A stretch of 63,557 nt of DNA, the filler included, from Reclinomonas americana ATCC 50394 (lineage: Eukaryota): the NCBI GenBank assembly GCA_048213135.1. It is 5 parts of 2 records of this genome, joined end to end, with 100 filler letters (N's around TTAATTAATTAA, not from the genome) between each part and the next. Parts side by side here need not be neighbours in the genome. Positions count along the whole stretch, not along the records: positions 28,177 to 41,764 come from PS015100.1; positions 41,865 to 54,841 come from PS015100.1; 3 more parts are not named here. One strand, written 5' to 3'. Made by a program: the position numbers and the translations under genes. The stretch's first letter is position 1, and each line of letters opens with the position of its first letter. Below the pieces are notes generated by a model that saw only the letters and a list, made by a program, of their open reading frames with translations, did not search any database and was not told the DNA's origin. This document shows, piece after piece, positions 37,796 to 49,492 of the stretch.

Positions 37796-38904
37796 TCAGC
37801 TGGTGTATCCATACGCCCGCAGCTGCATCTTGAGTTTGTCGACCTTGACGTCGTTCTCGTGGCGCCAGATTCTCCTCAGATCGCCCATCAGCACCGACAG
37901 CGTCTCACTTCCCGGCGGCACATTGGCCTCGGGTCGCGGCGGGAAAAACGCCCACACCCTCGTCCATCCATTCTGCTGCGAGAAACCATCCAGCGGCGGC
38001 AACACGCGCGTCGCATGATTGGCAAACGCCGACACATACTCGAACTCGCGGCCGTCGAACTCGATGCTGCCCGACGCACCAATGCGCACATCCGCAATCT
38101 TCTCCCTCAACCGGAAGCGCAACTCCTGGCCCACCCACAGCAGCCCGGCCTCGACCAGCTCCGCAATACGCACATTGCTCTGCGTCGTGCCCGCCACAGC
38201 CGTCGTACGCCGACGAGCAGGCCGCGCAGCCGATTCACCACCCGCCTCGCCCTCACCCGCCTCATCATCCTCGCCAGCCACATCGCCAGTCGACGTTCGG
38301 CGCCGCTTCAATTGCGGTGCACCGCCGCCAACACGCGCACCACCTGCATCGTCGCAGTTCAGTGCACGGTAATGATGAACTGTGCACACACGTGTCAGTG
38401 ACCTTTCTTGTTCTTGCCAGGCTCGTACTCGTCGTCCGAGTGGCCCTCGTGATCCGAGTTTCCCATCTCTGTCGATCGTGCTCTCTTGTTGACGCCAGCT
38501 GCCGTGGTGACTGCCGCGGTTGTGGCGACCGCCGGCACAGCTCGATTCACCGCAACCGCACCTCCTCCCGCACTCGTCCGACTGCCCGGCTTGCGCTGCT
38601 GCATCGCCGACCGTGCCGCCTGCTGCTTCTGGCGCACATGACTCGGCAGATACAATGTCGGCGCCGCATCCACCGCCATCTCTGTCACCGCGACTGCCGG
38701 CACCACCACTGCTGCAGTCGTTGCCGCAACCGCCGAAGCCGCCGCCGCCGCTGCTGCTGCTGCTGCAGTGGCCGCCTGCTGCGAGCGGTGCTCCATGACC
38801 TGCTGAATGGCCTCACCGACACTGTCGGCCATCGGCCGCGTAATGTTGACGTCGGCAAAGAGAACGTGATGCACGGCGCCTTCCATGTCGCGACGGAGCG
38901 CGCT
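37796..38904 (-). CDS. 3' exons of Shg1/BOD1-RAMA protein, containing the RAMA domain
   Basis: IAELVEAGLLWVGQELRF..GSIEFDGREFEYVSAFA..NGWTRV fits the RAMA consensus; linked in frame to the upstream exon by a phase-1 intron at about 38345-38402. Confidence 0.7.
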
Positions 38905-39106
38905 GTACACAAGGCAGCGGTCAGCGCGCGCGTCAGAGTGAGACACAGAGAGNNNNNNNNNNNNNNNNNNNNNNNNNNNNNNNNNNNNNNNNNNNNNNNN
39001 NNNNNNNNNNNNNNNNNNNNNNNNNNNNNNNNNNNNNNNNNNNNNNNGCACCGTCAACGATATGAGGACAAGGAGAAGAGTGATGACTTGCGCATGCCAA
39101 CGCAAC

Positions 39107-39767
39107 GTTCTCGTCAATCAAGTGCAGGCAACCGTCATTGGGGACGAATGCCGTCACCTTCTTGCCGTTCTTGATGAGCTGCACACGCACGCACTTACGA
39201 ATGGCAGAGTTCGGCTGCTTGGCCTCAATGCCGACTGCACAACAGCGAATGAATATGAGCCCAAAGAGACAAAGCGTTGGGTGAGAGAGAGAGCGCACAC
39301 ACACCCTTCTCGACGACAATGCCCTTGGCGTGGGACGAGCCTGCGCGCATCACAAGCAAAATCAGTCTCTCACACAAACTATGCCTGCTCCCTCAAAAGA
39401 CTCAATCAAAAGTGCACCTCCGAACGGGTTGGCCTATCAAGAAGGAGCACAACAGTGAGCAACCACGCACAGTCGGATGACGCACACTCTCTGTTGGCAC
39501 ACACCTTCAGGGCAGTGCCAAAGTGAGCCTTCTTGTAGGTCTTGTCGGCTGCACACAGAAAGTGAGTCACTCTGGAACCTCATCACAGCTGCTCTCTCAC
39601 AAACACGCACCCCAGCGGTTCAGCTGACGAGTCAGCTGTTCTCACACACACGCACAAGGAGGCGCAAACGAGTGAGCGACATGACGCACTTGAGCAAAGA
39701 CAGGCACTCACACACAAACCTTCAGCTTGCGACCAGCGTTCACACCACGAGGCTTGTGCGATCCCAT
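39107..39767 (-). CDS. RPS23: 40S ribosomal protein S23 (uS12), coding exons 1-6
   Basis: [72 protein letters not shown]. Confidence 0.97.
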
Positions 39768-40058
39768 GTTTTTCTCGGTTGTGTACAGAAAAGTCTGCGC
39801 ACACGAGAGAGCGAGAGAGTGAGAGAGGAGAGGCGCATGCCGCACATGCACATGACCACCATCACGCACACACGCAAACGCTCTCACAACGACGACACGC
39901 GCTCTCTGACTCCCACGCAACACACACACGCCACACACGCACAGCAAGACGACAGAAGGCAGCGAGAGACACAGAGGAGGCAATGTGCGCGCCCAGACAC
40001 GAACCTGTTGATGGTGAGTGAACCAATGGAACGGACGGTGAATTGACACATACTCAGA

Positions 40059-40368
40059 ATGTCACTGCGTGGCGACATCACCGAGCAGCAGGTCGTTGGC
40101 CGTCTGCAAGAAAGCGGGCGCTTTGATGCATTCCGCAAGCAAATCATTGAGACACTGCATCAGAATGTTGCGCACAATGAGTGAGAGACAGAGAGGGAAA
40201 CCCCATCGGAACTGACACTCTCTCTCTCTCTCTGTGACAGGGTGCCATGGAGCAACTGCAGAAACGCGCAATGCGCATTGTATCGGCCAGTCGCGCCATT
40301 CAAGACGCGTGCGAGCGCGATACGCCCAAGCGCGAGTTGTTTGCCGCGCTCAAGTCGGAAGTCTTCAA
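40059..40368 (+). CDS. 5' exons of Shg1/BOD1-like (COMPASS-associated) domain protein
   Basis: ITEQQVVGRLQESGRFDAFRKQII is the GxFDxxR hallmark; ends in a phase-2 donor compatible with the acceptor at 38904. Confidence 0.7.
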
Positions 40369-41276
40369 GTTCCGCACACATGCTNNNNNNNNNNNNNNNN
40401 NNNNNNNNNNNNNNNNNNNNNNNNNNNNNNNNNNNNNNNNNNNNNNNNNNNNNNNNNNNNNNNNNNNNNNNNNNNNNNNNNNNNNNNNNNNNNNNNNNNN
40501 NNNNNNNNNNNNNNNNNNNNNNNNNNNNNNNNNNNNNNNNNNNNNNNNNNNNNNNNNNNNNNNNNNNNNNNNNNNNNNNNNNNNNNNNNNNNNNNNNNNN
40601 NNNNNNNNNNNNNNNNNNNNNNNNNNNNNNNNNNNNNNNNNNNNNNNNNNNNNNNNNNNNNNNNNNNNNNNNNNNNNNNNNNNNNNNNNNNNNNNNNNNN
40701 NNNNNNNNNNNNNNNNNNNNNNNNNNNNNNNNNNNNNNNNNNNNNNNNNNNNNNNNNNNNNNNNNNNNNNNNNNNNNNNNNNNNNNNNNNNNNNNNNNNN
40801 NNNNNNNNNNNNNNNNNNNNNNNNNNNNNNNNNNNNNNNNNNNNNNNNNNNNNNNNNNNNNNNNNNNNNNNNNNNNNNNNNNNNNNNNNNNNNNNNNNNN
40901 NNNNNNNNNNNNNNNNNNNNNNNNNNNNNNNNNNNNNNNNNNNNNNNNNNNNNNNNNNNNNNNNNNNNNNNNNNNNNNNNNNNNNNNNNNNNNNNNNNNN
41001 NNNNNNNNNNNNNNNNNNNNNNNNNNNNNNNNNNNNNNNNNNNNNNNNNNNNNNNNNNNNNNNNNNNNNNNNNNNNNNNNNNNNNNNNNNNNNNNNNNNN
41101 NNNNNNNNNNNNNNNNNNNNNNNNNNNNNNNNNNNNNNNNNNNNNNNNNNNNNNNNNNNNNNNNNNNNNNNNNNNNNNNNNNNNNNNNNNNNNNNNNNNN
41201 NNNNNNNNNNNNNNNNNNNNNNNNNNNNNNNNNNNNNNNNNNNNNNNNNNNNNNNNNNNNNNNNNNNNNNNNNNAG

Positions 41277-41417
41277 GATGAGGTCCTCGTCGCTGGTTTC
41301 GGTCGCTCTGGTCACGCCGTCGGCGATATTCCCGGTGTGCGTTTCAAGATTGTGAAGGTGGCCAACACTGGCCTGTACGCCATGTTCCGAGGCAAGAAGG
41401 AGAAGCCACGCGCCTAA
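41277..41417 (+). CDS. RPS23: RPS23 last exon
   Basis: [37 protein letters not shown]. Confidence 0.97.
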   Translation, partial: DEVLVAGFGRSGHAVGDIPGVRFKIVKVANTGLYAMFRGKKEKPRA

Positions 41418-42047
41418 ACTGCATGTGACTAGCCTCGTTTGCTCCTGTTGCAGAGGCACTCGCTACCCATGTGTTGTGTCGGTCGTCTGGTAAATCTCGA
41501 AAGCCTGAAAACAACTTACTGACTGAGCGAGCGAGCAGGCAGGAGTGAGAGAGGGTGTGTGGCACCATGGGGTTGCATTTACAAGCACGCAGAAAACAGG
41601 GGCATGTATACACAAACAGAGGGTTGGACAGAGGACGGAGGAGAGAATGAGAAGAGAAGCTACCCTGTAGCTGCACCACCATAACAATGAGTTAAACAGC
41701 GACAGCGGGGGACGAGCACGGATGCACGCCCTCACACTGCGGAGCACGGTGGAGAAGGAAGTGGNNNNNNNNNNNNNNNNNNNNNNNNNNNNNNNNNNNN
41801 NNNNNNNNTTAATTAATTAANNNNNNNNNNNNNNNNNNNNNNNNNNNNNNNNNNNNNNNNNNNNGGAAAAACAAGAGGAGGAGATATAGAAATAGGTGTG
41901 TGTGGACACTGCAAGTACCAAGCCAGGCAGCTGACAAAGCGGTACGGACATTAGGGCGACAAGAGTGCCTGTGCAGAGAGAGAAAAGGAGGGTGAGCCCA
42001 CTGGGCGGCAAGCACAGCAACAGTTTTTGAAGCACCGCACCATTGGT

Positions 42048-44794
42048 TTAGGCCTTCAGCGGCTTCTGGAACACGCAATAGTACCTGCAGAGTGGCCGTC
42101 ATGTCAGCGAGTGCTGCTGCTTTACAAAAAGAACAAAGAGAGACGACGGCACGCAACATGGGAGTGAAGATACCGCACTCGCCAGCGTCCGACAGATCCT
42201 TGGCGGTACGCATGAGCAGCGAGCTCACACCGACGGTGCCCTTCGGGGCCCAGCGGATGAACTCCAGGAACTTGCAAGTGAGATGCGTCACCCAGAACGA
42301 AATGCGGCCGCGCTTCAGCGGGTTCCACCACGGGATCTGCAAGTGGATCGCTGCTGTGAGCAACGATGCACGACCGAGCAGAGGCTCAAATAATCTTGCA
42401 AACCTCAGCGTCGTCCACCAAGTCCTTCTCCATCACCACGTCAAAGCCGACCGAGCGGGCCTTCTCGCCAATGTCGACACGGCGGCGCATCTCGGGCAGG
42501 CCGTTGCCGAGGTTGATGGCCTCGATGATGCCGCGGTGCTCGGGGTTCTCGTGATCGTACTTGTCGGTCTGCGTATTGTTCAAGCTTGTGAGCACTGACT
42601 GCATCCTCCAAGCGTCTCAACAGCTGTGCCACTCACCGTCACCCACTCGTACACGGCAAACTTGCCACCGGGGCGCAGCACACGGTACGCCTCGGCGTAC
42701 ATGTCCTCCACCTTGGGCGCGTGGCAGCTGGCCTCAATCGCGAAAATGGCATCAAACGAGTTGTCCTCGAACGGCAGATCGAGGAAGTTGGCCTGCAGCA
42801 CGCGGCACGTGGACGAGAAGCCGTCCTTCTCAATGTACTCGTTGGCGCGCTTCACCTGGTACTCGCAGATGGTGACGCCGGTGATGTGGGCGCCAGAGAA
42901 GCGAGCAATGTTGCGCAGCGGACCGGCCACTNNNNNNNNNNNNNNNNNNNNNNNNNNNNNNNNNNNNNNNNNNNNNNNNNNNNNNNNNNNNNNNNNNNNN
43001 NNNNNNNNNNNNNNNNNNNNNNNNNNNNNNNNNNNNNNNNNNNNNNNNNNNNNNNNNNNNNNNNNNNNNNNNNNNNNNCCGCAGCCGGCGTCGAGCACCT
43101 GCTGACCGGGCTTCAACTCCAAATCGTCGGCAATGCGCTTCTCGTGGCGCAGCATCGACTCCTTGAACGACTCGTGGTTCATCTGCTGCGTGAAATGGAA
43201 CGACTGGCCCTGTGTGTGTGCGTGTGTGGCAAAAAGCAAGGCGAATGAGTTGACCGAACACACTCGGAAAAACAGAGCATCTTGACGGGGGAATCGAGGC
43301 GCAGAGAGGAGCGTGTGTGCAGTCAACGAACCCATCCATACGTGTAAAAGTCCTGCGCATGCATGCAGCGGAGATGACACAACAATGATGAGTGTGTGCG
43401 AAATGCGAGGCGAATCGCGCGCGACTCATGACACACACACTCACCGTCACCAAGTTGTAGAACTTCTCCACCTTTTGCGGAGTTGTTCCACTGCCACGCA
43501 CGCCACTCTGCCCAGCAAACACGATAANNNNNNNNNNNNNNNNNNNNNNNNNNNNNNNNNNNNNNNNNNNNNNNNNNNNNNNNNNNNNNNNNNNNNNNNN
43601 NNNNNNNNNNNNNNNNNNNNNNNNNNNNNNNNNNNNNNNNNNNNNNNNNNNNNNNNNNNNNNNNNNNNNNNNNNNNNNNNNNNNNNNNNNNNNNNNNNNN
43701 NNNNNNNNNNNNNNNNNNNNNNNNNNNNNNNNNNNNNNNNNNNNNNNNNNNNNNNNNNNNNNNNNNNNNNNNNNNNNNNNNNNNNNNNNNNNNNNNNNNN
43801 NNNNNNNNNNNNNNNNNNNNNNNNNNNNNNNNNNNNNNNNNNNNNNNNNNNNNNNNNNNNNNNNNNNNNNNNNNNNNNNNNNNNNNNNNNNNNNNNNNNN
43901 NNNNNNNNNNNNNNNNNNNNNNNNNNNNNNNNNNNNNNNNNNNNNNNNNNNNNNNNNNNNNNNNNNNNNNNNNNNNNNNNNNNNNNNNNNNNNNNNNNNN
44001 NNNNNNNNNNNNNNNNNNNNNNNNNNNNNNNNNNNNNNNNNNNNNNNNNNNNNNNNNNNNNNNNNNNNNNNNNNNNNNNNNNNNNNNNNNNNNNNNNNNN
44101 NNNNNNNNNNNNNNNNNNNNNNNNNNNNNNNNNNNNNNNNNNNNNNNNNNNNNNNNNNNNNNNNNNNNNNNNNNNNNNNNNNNNNNNNNNNNNNNNNNNN
44201 NNNNNNNNNNNNNNNNNNNNNNNNNNNNNNNNNNNNNNNNNNNNNNNNNNNNNNNNNNNNNNNNNNNNNNNNNNNNNNNNNNNNNCGACACAAAAGGTAA
44301 GAAAATTGTGAACAAACGGACATGAGAATCGAAAAAGTTTTTCGCAAACGTGTGTGAGAAGAGTTCCCACACAAACGGAGCGAGAGCGAGAGAGACAACA
44401 CATGACAACACAAGGCAAGAAGAACGCAGCAAAAAAAGAAAAGACAAACAAAACAAAGAGTGTGAAATGTCCATGTCACGCACTCACACTCACGCGCGCT
44501 CACCTCATAGTACGAGACGTAGTCCTGCAGATCATTCTCTGCGACCTGGCGACCGCGGGACTCGTGGAGCAGCTGTGTGCGACTCTCGCCATTGGGGCCG
44601 CGCGAGGTGAGAATGTGGCGAATGAGGAAGCCGGCAAAAGTCAGGAGGCACACAGTCACGGCGACAAACGTCGGCAGTCCGCCGTCAAACGGGGACATCT
44701 GTGTGTGCGGGAGTGGGAGATGAGTCATCGTGTGTGGGCGGTGCGCGAGGCGGGAGGCGGGGAGAGACGAAACACTTTGCATGAGGGACATCAT
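42048..44794 (-). CDS. SMT1: Sterol 24-C-methyltransferase (SMT/ERG6 family) with N-terminal TM helix
   Basis: FYNLVTDFYTYGWGQSFHF, VLDAGCG, IEASCHAP, VLRPGG.FAVYEW, GIFTPMY..QKP; start approximate. Confidence 0.92.
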
Positions 44795-44943
44795 GGTCGC
44801 GCGCGTCGGCGGTCAAAGTGTGAGGAAATGAATATTCGGCCGTGCTCGCTCGGGGCTAATGCATGGGAACATTCCCGTATTTTGCGCGCCTTGTAATGAG
44901 AGTACTCATACTTGGTAGTCTCCTCTCGAGCTCGTGAGAGTGC

Positions 44944-47900
44944 TTACTGCTGCGTGAGAGAAACGGAGGCGGCGCGACGGTGGTGCGCGGCGGCGAGCTT
45001 GACCATCGGGTCCATGGTGTGCTCCTCGTAGCGCACGTCCTCGCCGAGGAACGGGCACTTGGTGCTGCACTTGGAGACGTCGTCTGTGTGCATGTGTGTA
45101 TTACAAGAGAGCAGAGGTGAGGCGGAGAGGGAGAGCGTGTGTGCGCGCACAAGGGGGTAACACAAACCGGGCAGCGCAAACTCCTTCACGTCGACAGTGT
45201 TGACGGCAAAGTCGCCAAAGTTCCACGTCACGCCCGTGGGGCCTGCGAGAGGGGAAGAAAGAGGGGAAGGGAGAGGGGGAGGGGAAGGGAGGAGGGGAGG
45301 GGGAAGAAGGTGAGGGTGAGGGAAAAGGGTTGTGGGACAAGCAATGCAGAAGGCAAGAGGCGAGGGGAAGGAAGTGAGCAAGAAAAGGGAGAACAGGGAC
45401 GTGAGAGGAGAGTTGCAAAGTGGCGAGACGTGACGAGGAAGGGGTACGTGACAGAAAATAGCGGAGAGGCGAAGGAGGAGGTGAGAAAGGGGAGGGCGGA
45501 GGAATACGAAGAAAGGAGGGATGAACATGGCGATACGCAAGAATGCGAGAGACGAGGGGAGAATGGGCTGGGAAAGGAGTGTTGCAACAAGGGCTGAGGA
45601 GAGATACGGGTTGTACGAGAAGGCGAGAGATGAGGGGAGAAAGGAAAGGGAGGAAAGAGGGGAAGGGAGGGTTGAGGCCAAGGGGAGTGAGAAGCGAGTT
45701 GCATAACAAGAGATGAGGGGAAAGGAAGTGAGAAAGAAAACAAAAGACCAAGGGAGAAGAGGGACGTGAGAGGAGAGTTGCAACAAGTCGAGAGGCGAGG
45801 GTGGAGAGTCACAATGATATGGGCGAGAAGGTGAGACGAGGAGCAAAGTGAAGTCAGGGGAGAGTTGCTTGAAGGCGAGGGATGAGGGGAAAGGGATGTG
45901 AGAGGAAGGCGATGGATGAGGGGAGAAAGGTATGCGACAAGAGAGTTGCAACAGGCGAGAGATGAGAGGATTGAGGCGTGTGAGAGGAGAATTACAACAT
46001 AGTGAGATAAGTGTTGCACGAGGATGGGGAAGAACGGGACGTGTGAGGAGGGTTGCGGAAGGATAGCGTACCGTCGCGGAAGTGCACGTCAAAGCCGGTG
46101 GTGACATCGGTCCAGTAGCCTGCGAACGAGAACAGAATGAGGCAAGTAACAGAAGAGGATTGCATCGAGAGCAATACGCACCGAAACCCTCCTCGCCGAC
46201 TATTATGGCGTGGGCGAATAGAGAAGAGATAAGCGAGTGAGTGTCACACCATGCAACTGTGGAAGAGACACAGTTTTACGCACGCCAGTAGTTGCACTGG
46301 TGAGTCTGCGAAGTGGAGGTGATGAGCACACGATGCCTGGCCAGCGAGGAGTAAGATACATGCGTTCACCTTGCCGTAGTAGTCAATGGCCGACTCGACG
46401 CTCGAGTAGTTGAAGCCGCGGAGGAAATCGGGCGGGACGGCGCCGACATTGGCGGTCATCATGCAGCACTGTGGGGGGAAGGGGGTCAAAGGGAGAAGGA
46501 GGGGAAGGAAGCTGGAGACAAGAAACATTGACAAAAGTAAGAGCAGAGAGAGGTGAGAGATCGAGGATGACGGAGGCGAAGGGAAGGAGGAGGAAGACAA
46601 GGAAATGGAAAGCGGCGAAGAGAGCAGAGAAGGAAGAGCAGAAATTCGAGAAAAACATTGACAGACAACGAGGAAGACGTAGACGAGAAAGGGTGCGGAA
46701 GAAAGGGAAGGGAACGGAAAGGAAGGGGAAGGGGGAGGAGGAAGAAGACAAGGAATGGGGAAACAGTGAGGTCGAAGGAAGGCAAGAAGGGAAAAGGAGG
46801 CGAAGCAGCAGAGAGGAAAAGCTGAAACAGGAAAAGAGCAGTGAGAGGTGATGAGGAAAGGTGAATTGGAGTGACAAGGGAACGGAAAGGAAGGGGGAAG
46901 GGGGAAGGAGGAAGAAGGAAACAGTGAGGTCGAAGGGAGGCAAGAAGGGAAAAGGAGGCGAAGGAGCAGAGAGGAAGAGCTGACACAGGAAAGAGCAGAG
47001 AGAGGCGATGACGAGGATTGTGAAGGTGGATTGGAGTGACAGGGGAACGGAAAGGAAGGAAGGAGGAGGAATAAGGAAAGGGGAAGAGGAATGCAAGGTC
47101 GAAAGGCAAGAAGGCGCAAAGAGGCGAAGGAGCAGAGACGAAGAGCTGAAACAGGAAGAGAGCAGTGAGAGGTGATATCGAGGAAGACGCAGCTGACAGG
47201 GATGGGATGAAAAGAACAGAGAAAGGGGAGGTGACGGGAGATATTCCGAGAAATATGTCGAAGGAAGAGAGACGGCGGCGAACGGAAGAGAGAGAGGAGG
47301 AGAGAGAGGCACGGGCAGGAAGCGACTCACCTCCAGTCCAGTCTGCGGCTGGTGCACATAGATACCTGCACACCACACACACCATGACCAAACAAACAGC
47401 ACACACATACTAACACACACTGCCACACAAACCAGCGGGCAGGAAGTACAACTGGCGCAAACAAGCAGTCAGTCACATACGCGAGGAGACAAGAGCGAAA
47501 ACACAACCCTCCGCTCACCTGGCACGGGAAACGATAGGCGTCCCAGTGCACAAGCCTGCACAGAGAGAGAGAAAGAGTGAGAAACCAGTCACAAAAGCTG
47601 AGGAAGAAAAACCAGTCAAGAAAACGCAACGCTAATCATGATGCACCAAAGACAGAGACACAGGTGAGCAAGTCAGTCACAGTGACCAGTAACCACACAC
47701 ACACAAAGAACGCAACGCTGCATGAGTGAGAAAGAGAAAGAGAGTGAGTACGCGGAGAAATACTCTCCTTCTTACATGCTCAACTCCACTCACCAAGCAG
47801 TGCTGGAAGTAGTCAATGCGCTGCGCCTGAATCGTGTTGTCAAAGCGGTACAGCATCTGACTAGTGGCTGCAAACACACACAAACACACACACATAACAC

Positions 47901-48001
47901 AGTCAGAGAATGACAGAATGACACACTAACACTCTCACACACTCACTCTCTCTCTCTCTCCCTGACACACACACACACTTAACACACACACACACACACT
48001 C

Positions 48002-48054
<53 letters not shown>

Positions 48055-48499
48055 NNNNNNNNNNNNNNNNNNNNNNNNNNNNNNNNNNNNNNNNNNNNNN
48101 NNNNNNNNNNNNNNNNNNNNNNNNNNNNNNNNNNNNNNNNNNNNNNNNNNNNNNNNNNNNNNNNNNNNNNNNNNNNNNNNNNNNNNNNNNNNNNNNNNNN
48201 NNNNNNNNNNNNNNNNNNNNNNNNNNNNNNNNNNNNNNNNNNNNNNNNNNNNNNNNNNNNNNNNNNNNNNNNNNNNNNNNNNNNNNNNNNNNNNNNNNNN
48301 NNNNNNNNNNNNNNNNNNNNNNNNNNNNNNNNNNNNNNNNNNNNNNNNNNNNNNNNNNNNNNNNNNNNNNNNNNNNNNNNNNNNNNNNNNNNNNNNNNNN
48401 NNNNNNNNNNNNNNGACACAACAACTACTCTACACACACACTCTCTCTCTCTCTCCTCCTACACACACACACACTACTACACACACACACACACCCTCC

Positions 48500-48560
<61 letters not shown>

Positions 48561-48867
48561 CATTACCATTGGAAACTGCACGCGTGTGCACACAGTAAGT
48601 AACAGCAGTGAAGAAGAACAGACTGCAAGAGAGAGACGCAACACTTTGGCACGACGGAGTTGAGACCAAAGGGCGCGCTGTTTGTGTTGTGCAGTCAGTG
48701 ACCCCCGAGTTGGCATCGGAGTTTGTGTATTGAGTGACAGTGACAGTGCGTAACGTAAAGGAGGTGGGCCACACGGGCTTGTCGGGAGCGGCGGTGCATG
48801 TGTAGGCCAAGGCCGCGGCGAGGGCGAGGGCGATGAGGAGAAGGCGGTGAGCTGTGCGCGCTTGCAT
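44944..48867 (-). CDS. Secreted ependymin-related (EPDR+)-like protein with many small exons
   Basis: Signal peptide, P.WP..F, YRFD..AQRID, PC..F..IY..P..CC..VG..PPDF, CNYW, F..P..C..C pattern; the frame requires two 1-nt exons. Confidence 0.6.
46700..47175. repeat. Three degenerate purine-rich tandem units of about 160-175 bp inside a long intron
   Basis: AGGTCGAA..GGCAAGAAGG..AGGCGAAG.AGCAGAGA.GAA.AGCTGA.ACAGGAA recurs at about 46769, 46927 and 47096. Confidence 0.7.
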
Positions 48868-49492
48868 GTCTGGAAAGTGCAGTGTGTCCTGTGTCCAATA
48901 ATCTGCAAAGGTGAATCGGGGCTCCGATTATGCACGTGTGAGTAGACGGGCGATTAGCTGTACTCGCGGGTCCGCGCATTGCAAGCGCTTGCATGGCGGT
49001 CCGACAGCTCTTACGTGGAATTTCTCGAGCGTCGAGCTGCCTCCTGTGACAAGCAAGCATGCCTGGTCATCTATGAGCGAAGGATATGCAACTTTACTAA
49101 TCCAAACAGCAACACAGCTGCATGATGATCACCATCTTGAGTGAGCACCAGAAACTCAGACATCACGAAAAAAAAGCGAGAAAAAGTCGAGATGGCTAAT
49201 GCTGGCGTTTCTGCAAGAGAAACCACGGCTCATGACAAGCATGGATTTGACGACATGTATGGCAAGCGTATAACACGGTCCGAGCTTTAATGCAAGCGAA
49301 AGTGACGAGAGAAGCAAGAAAACACAAACGTCGACGTCGTAGGGCTCGATATCGATAGAAGAGATTACTGACAGTCGAATGCTGAGGACGTCTCGACTGG
49401 CGTTGCAAAGCAGGTCCTACTTCGACTCTCCACGCAGTAATTAAGAAGAGCGTTCCGTTTTGGTCGGACGAAAGATGCATTGTGTAAACGTA

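Noticed and set aside
37796-37798. TGA as selenocysteine or readthrough in the RAMA gene
   Set aside because: No redox motif or recognisable SECIS, and the readthrough frame is not protein-like.
34920-41417. Exons of one gene on opposite strands (kinase B, RPS23, Shg1-RAMA; also ARP, SPRY and TPR), suggesting scrambled genes or trans-splicing
   Set aside because: Every strand switch coincides with an N gap, and flipping the contig restores normal cis-splicing, so scaffolding error is far simpler.
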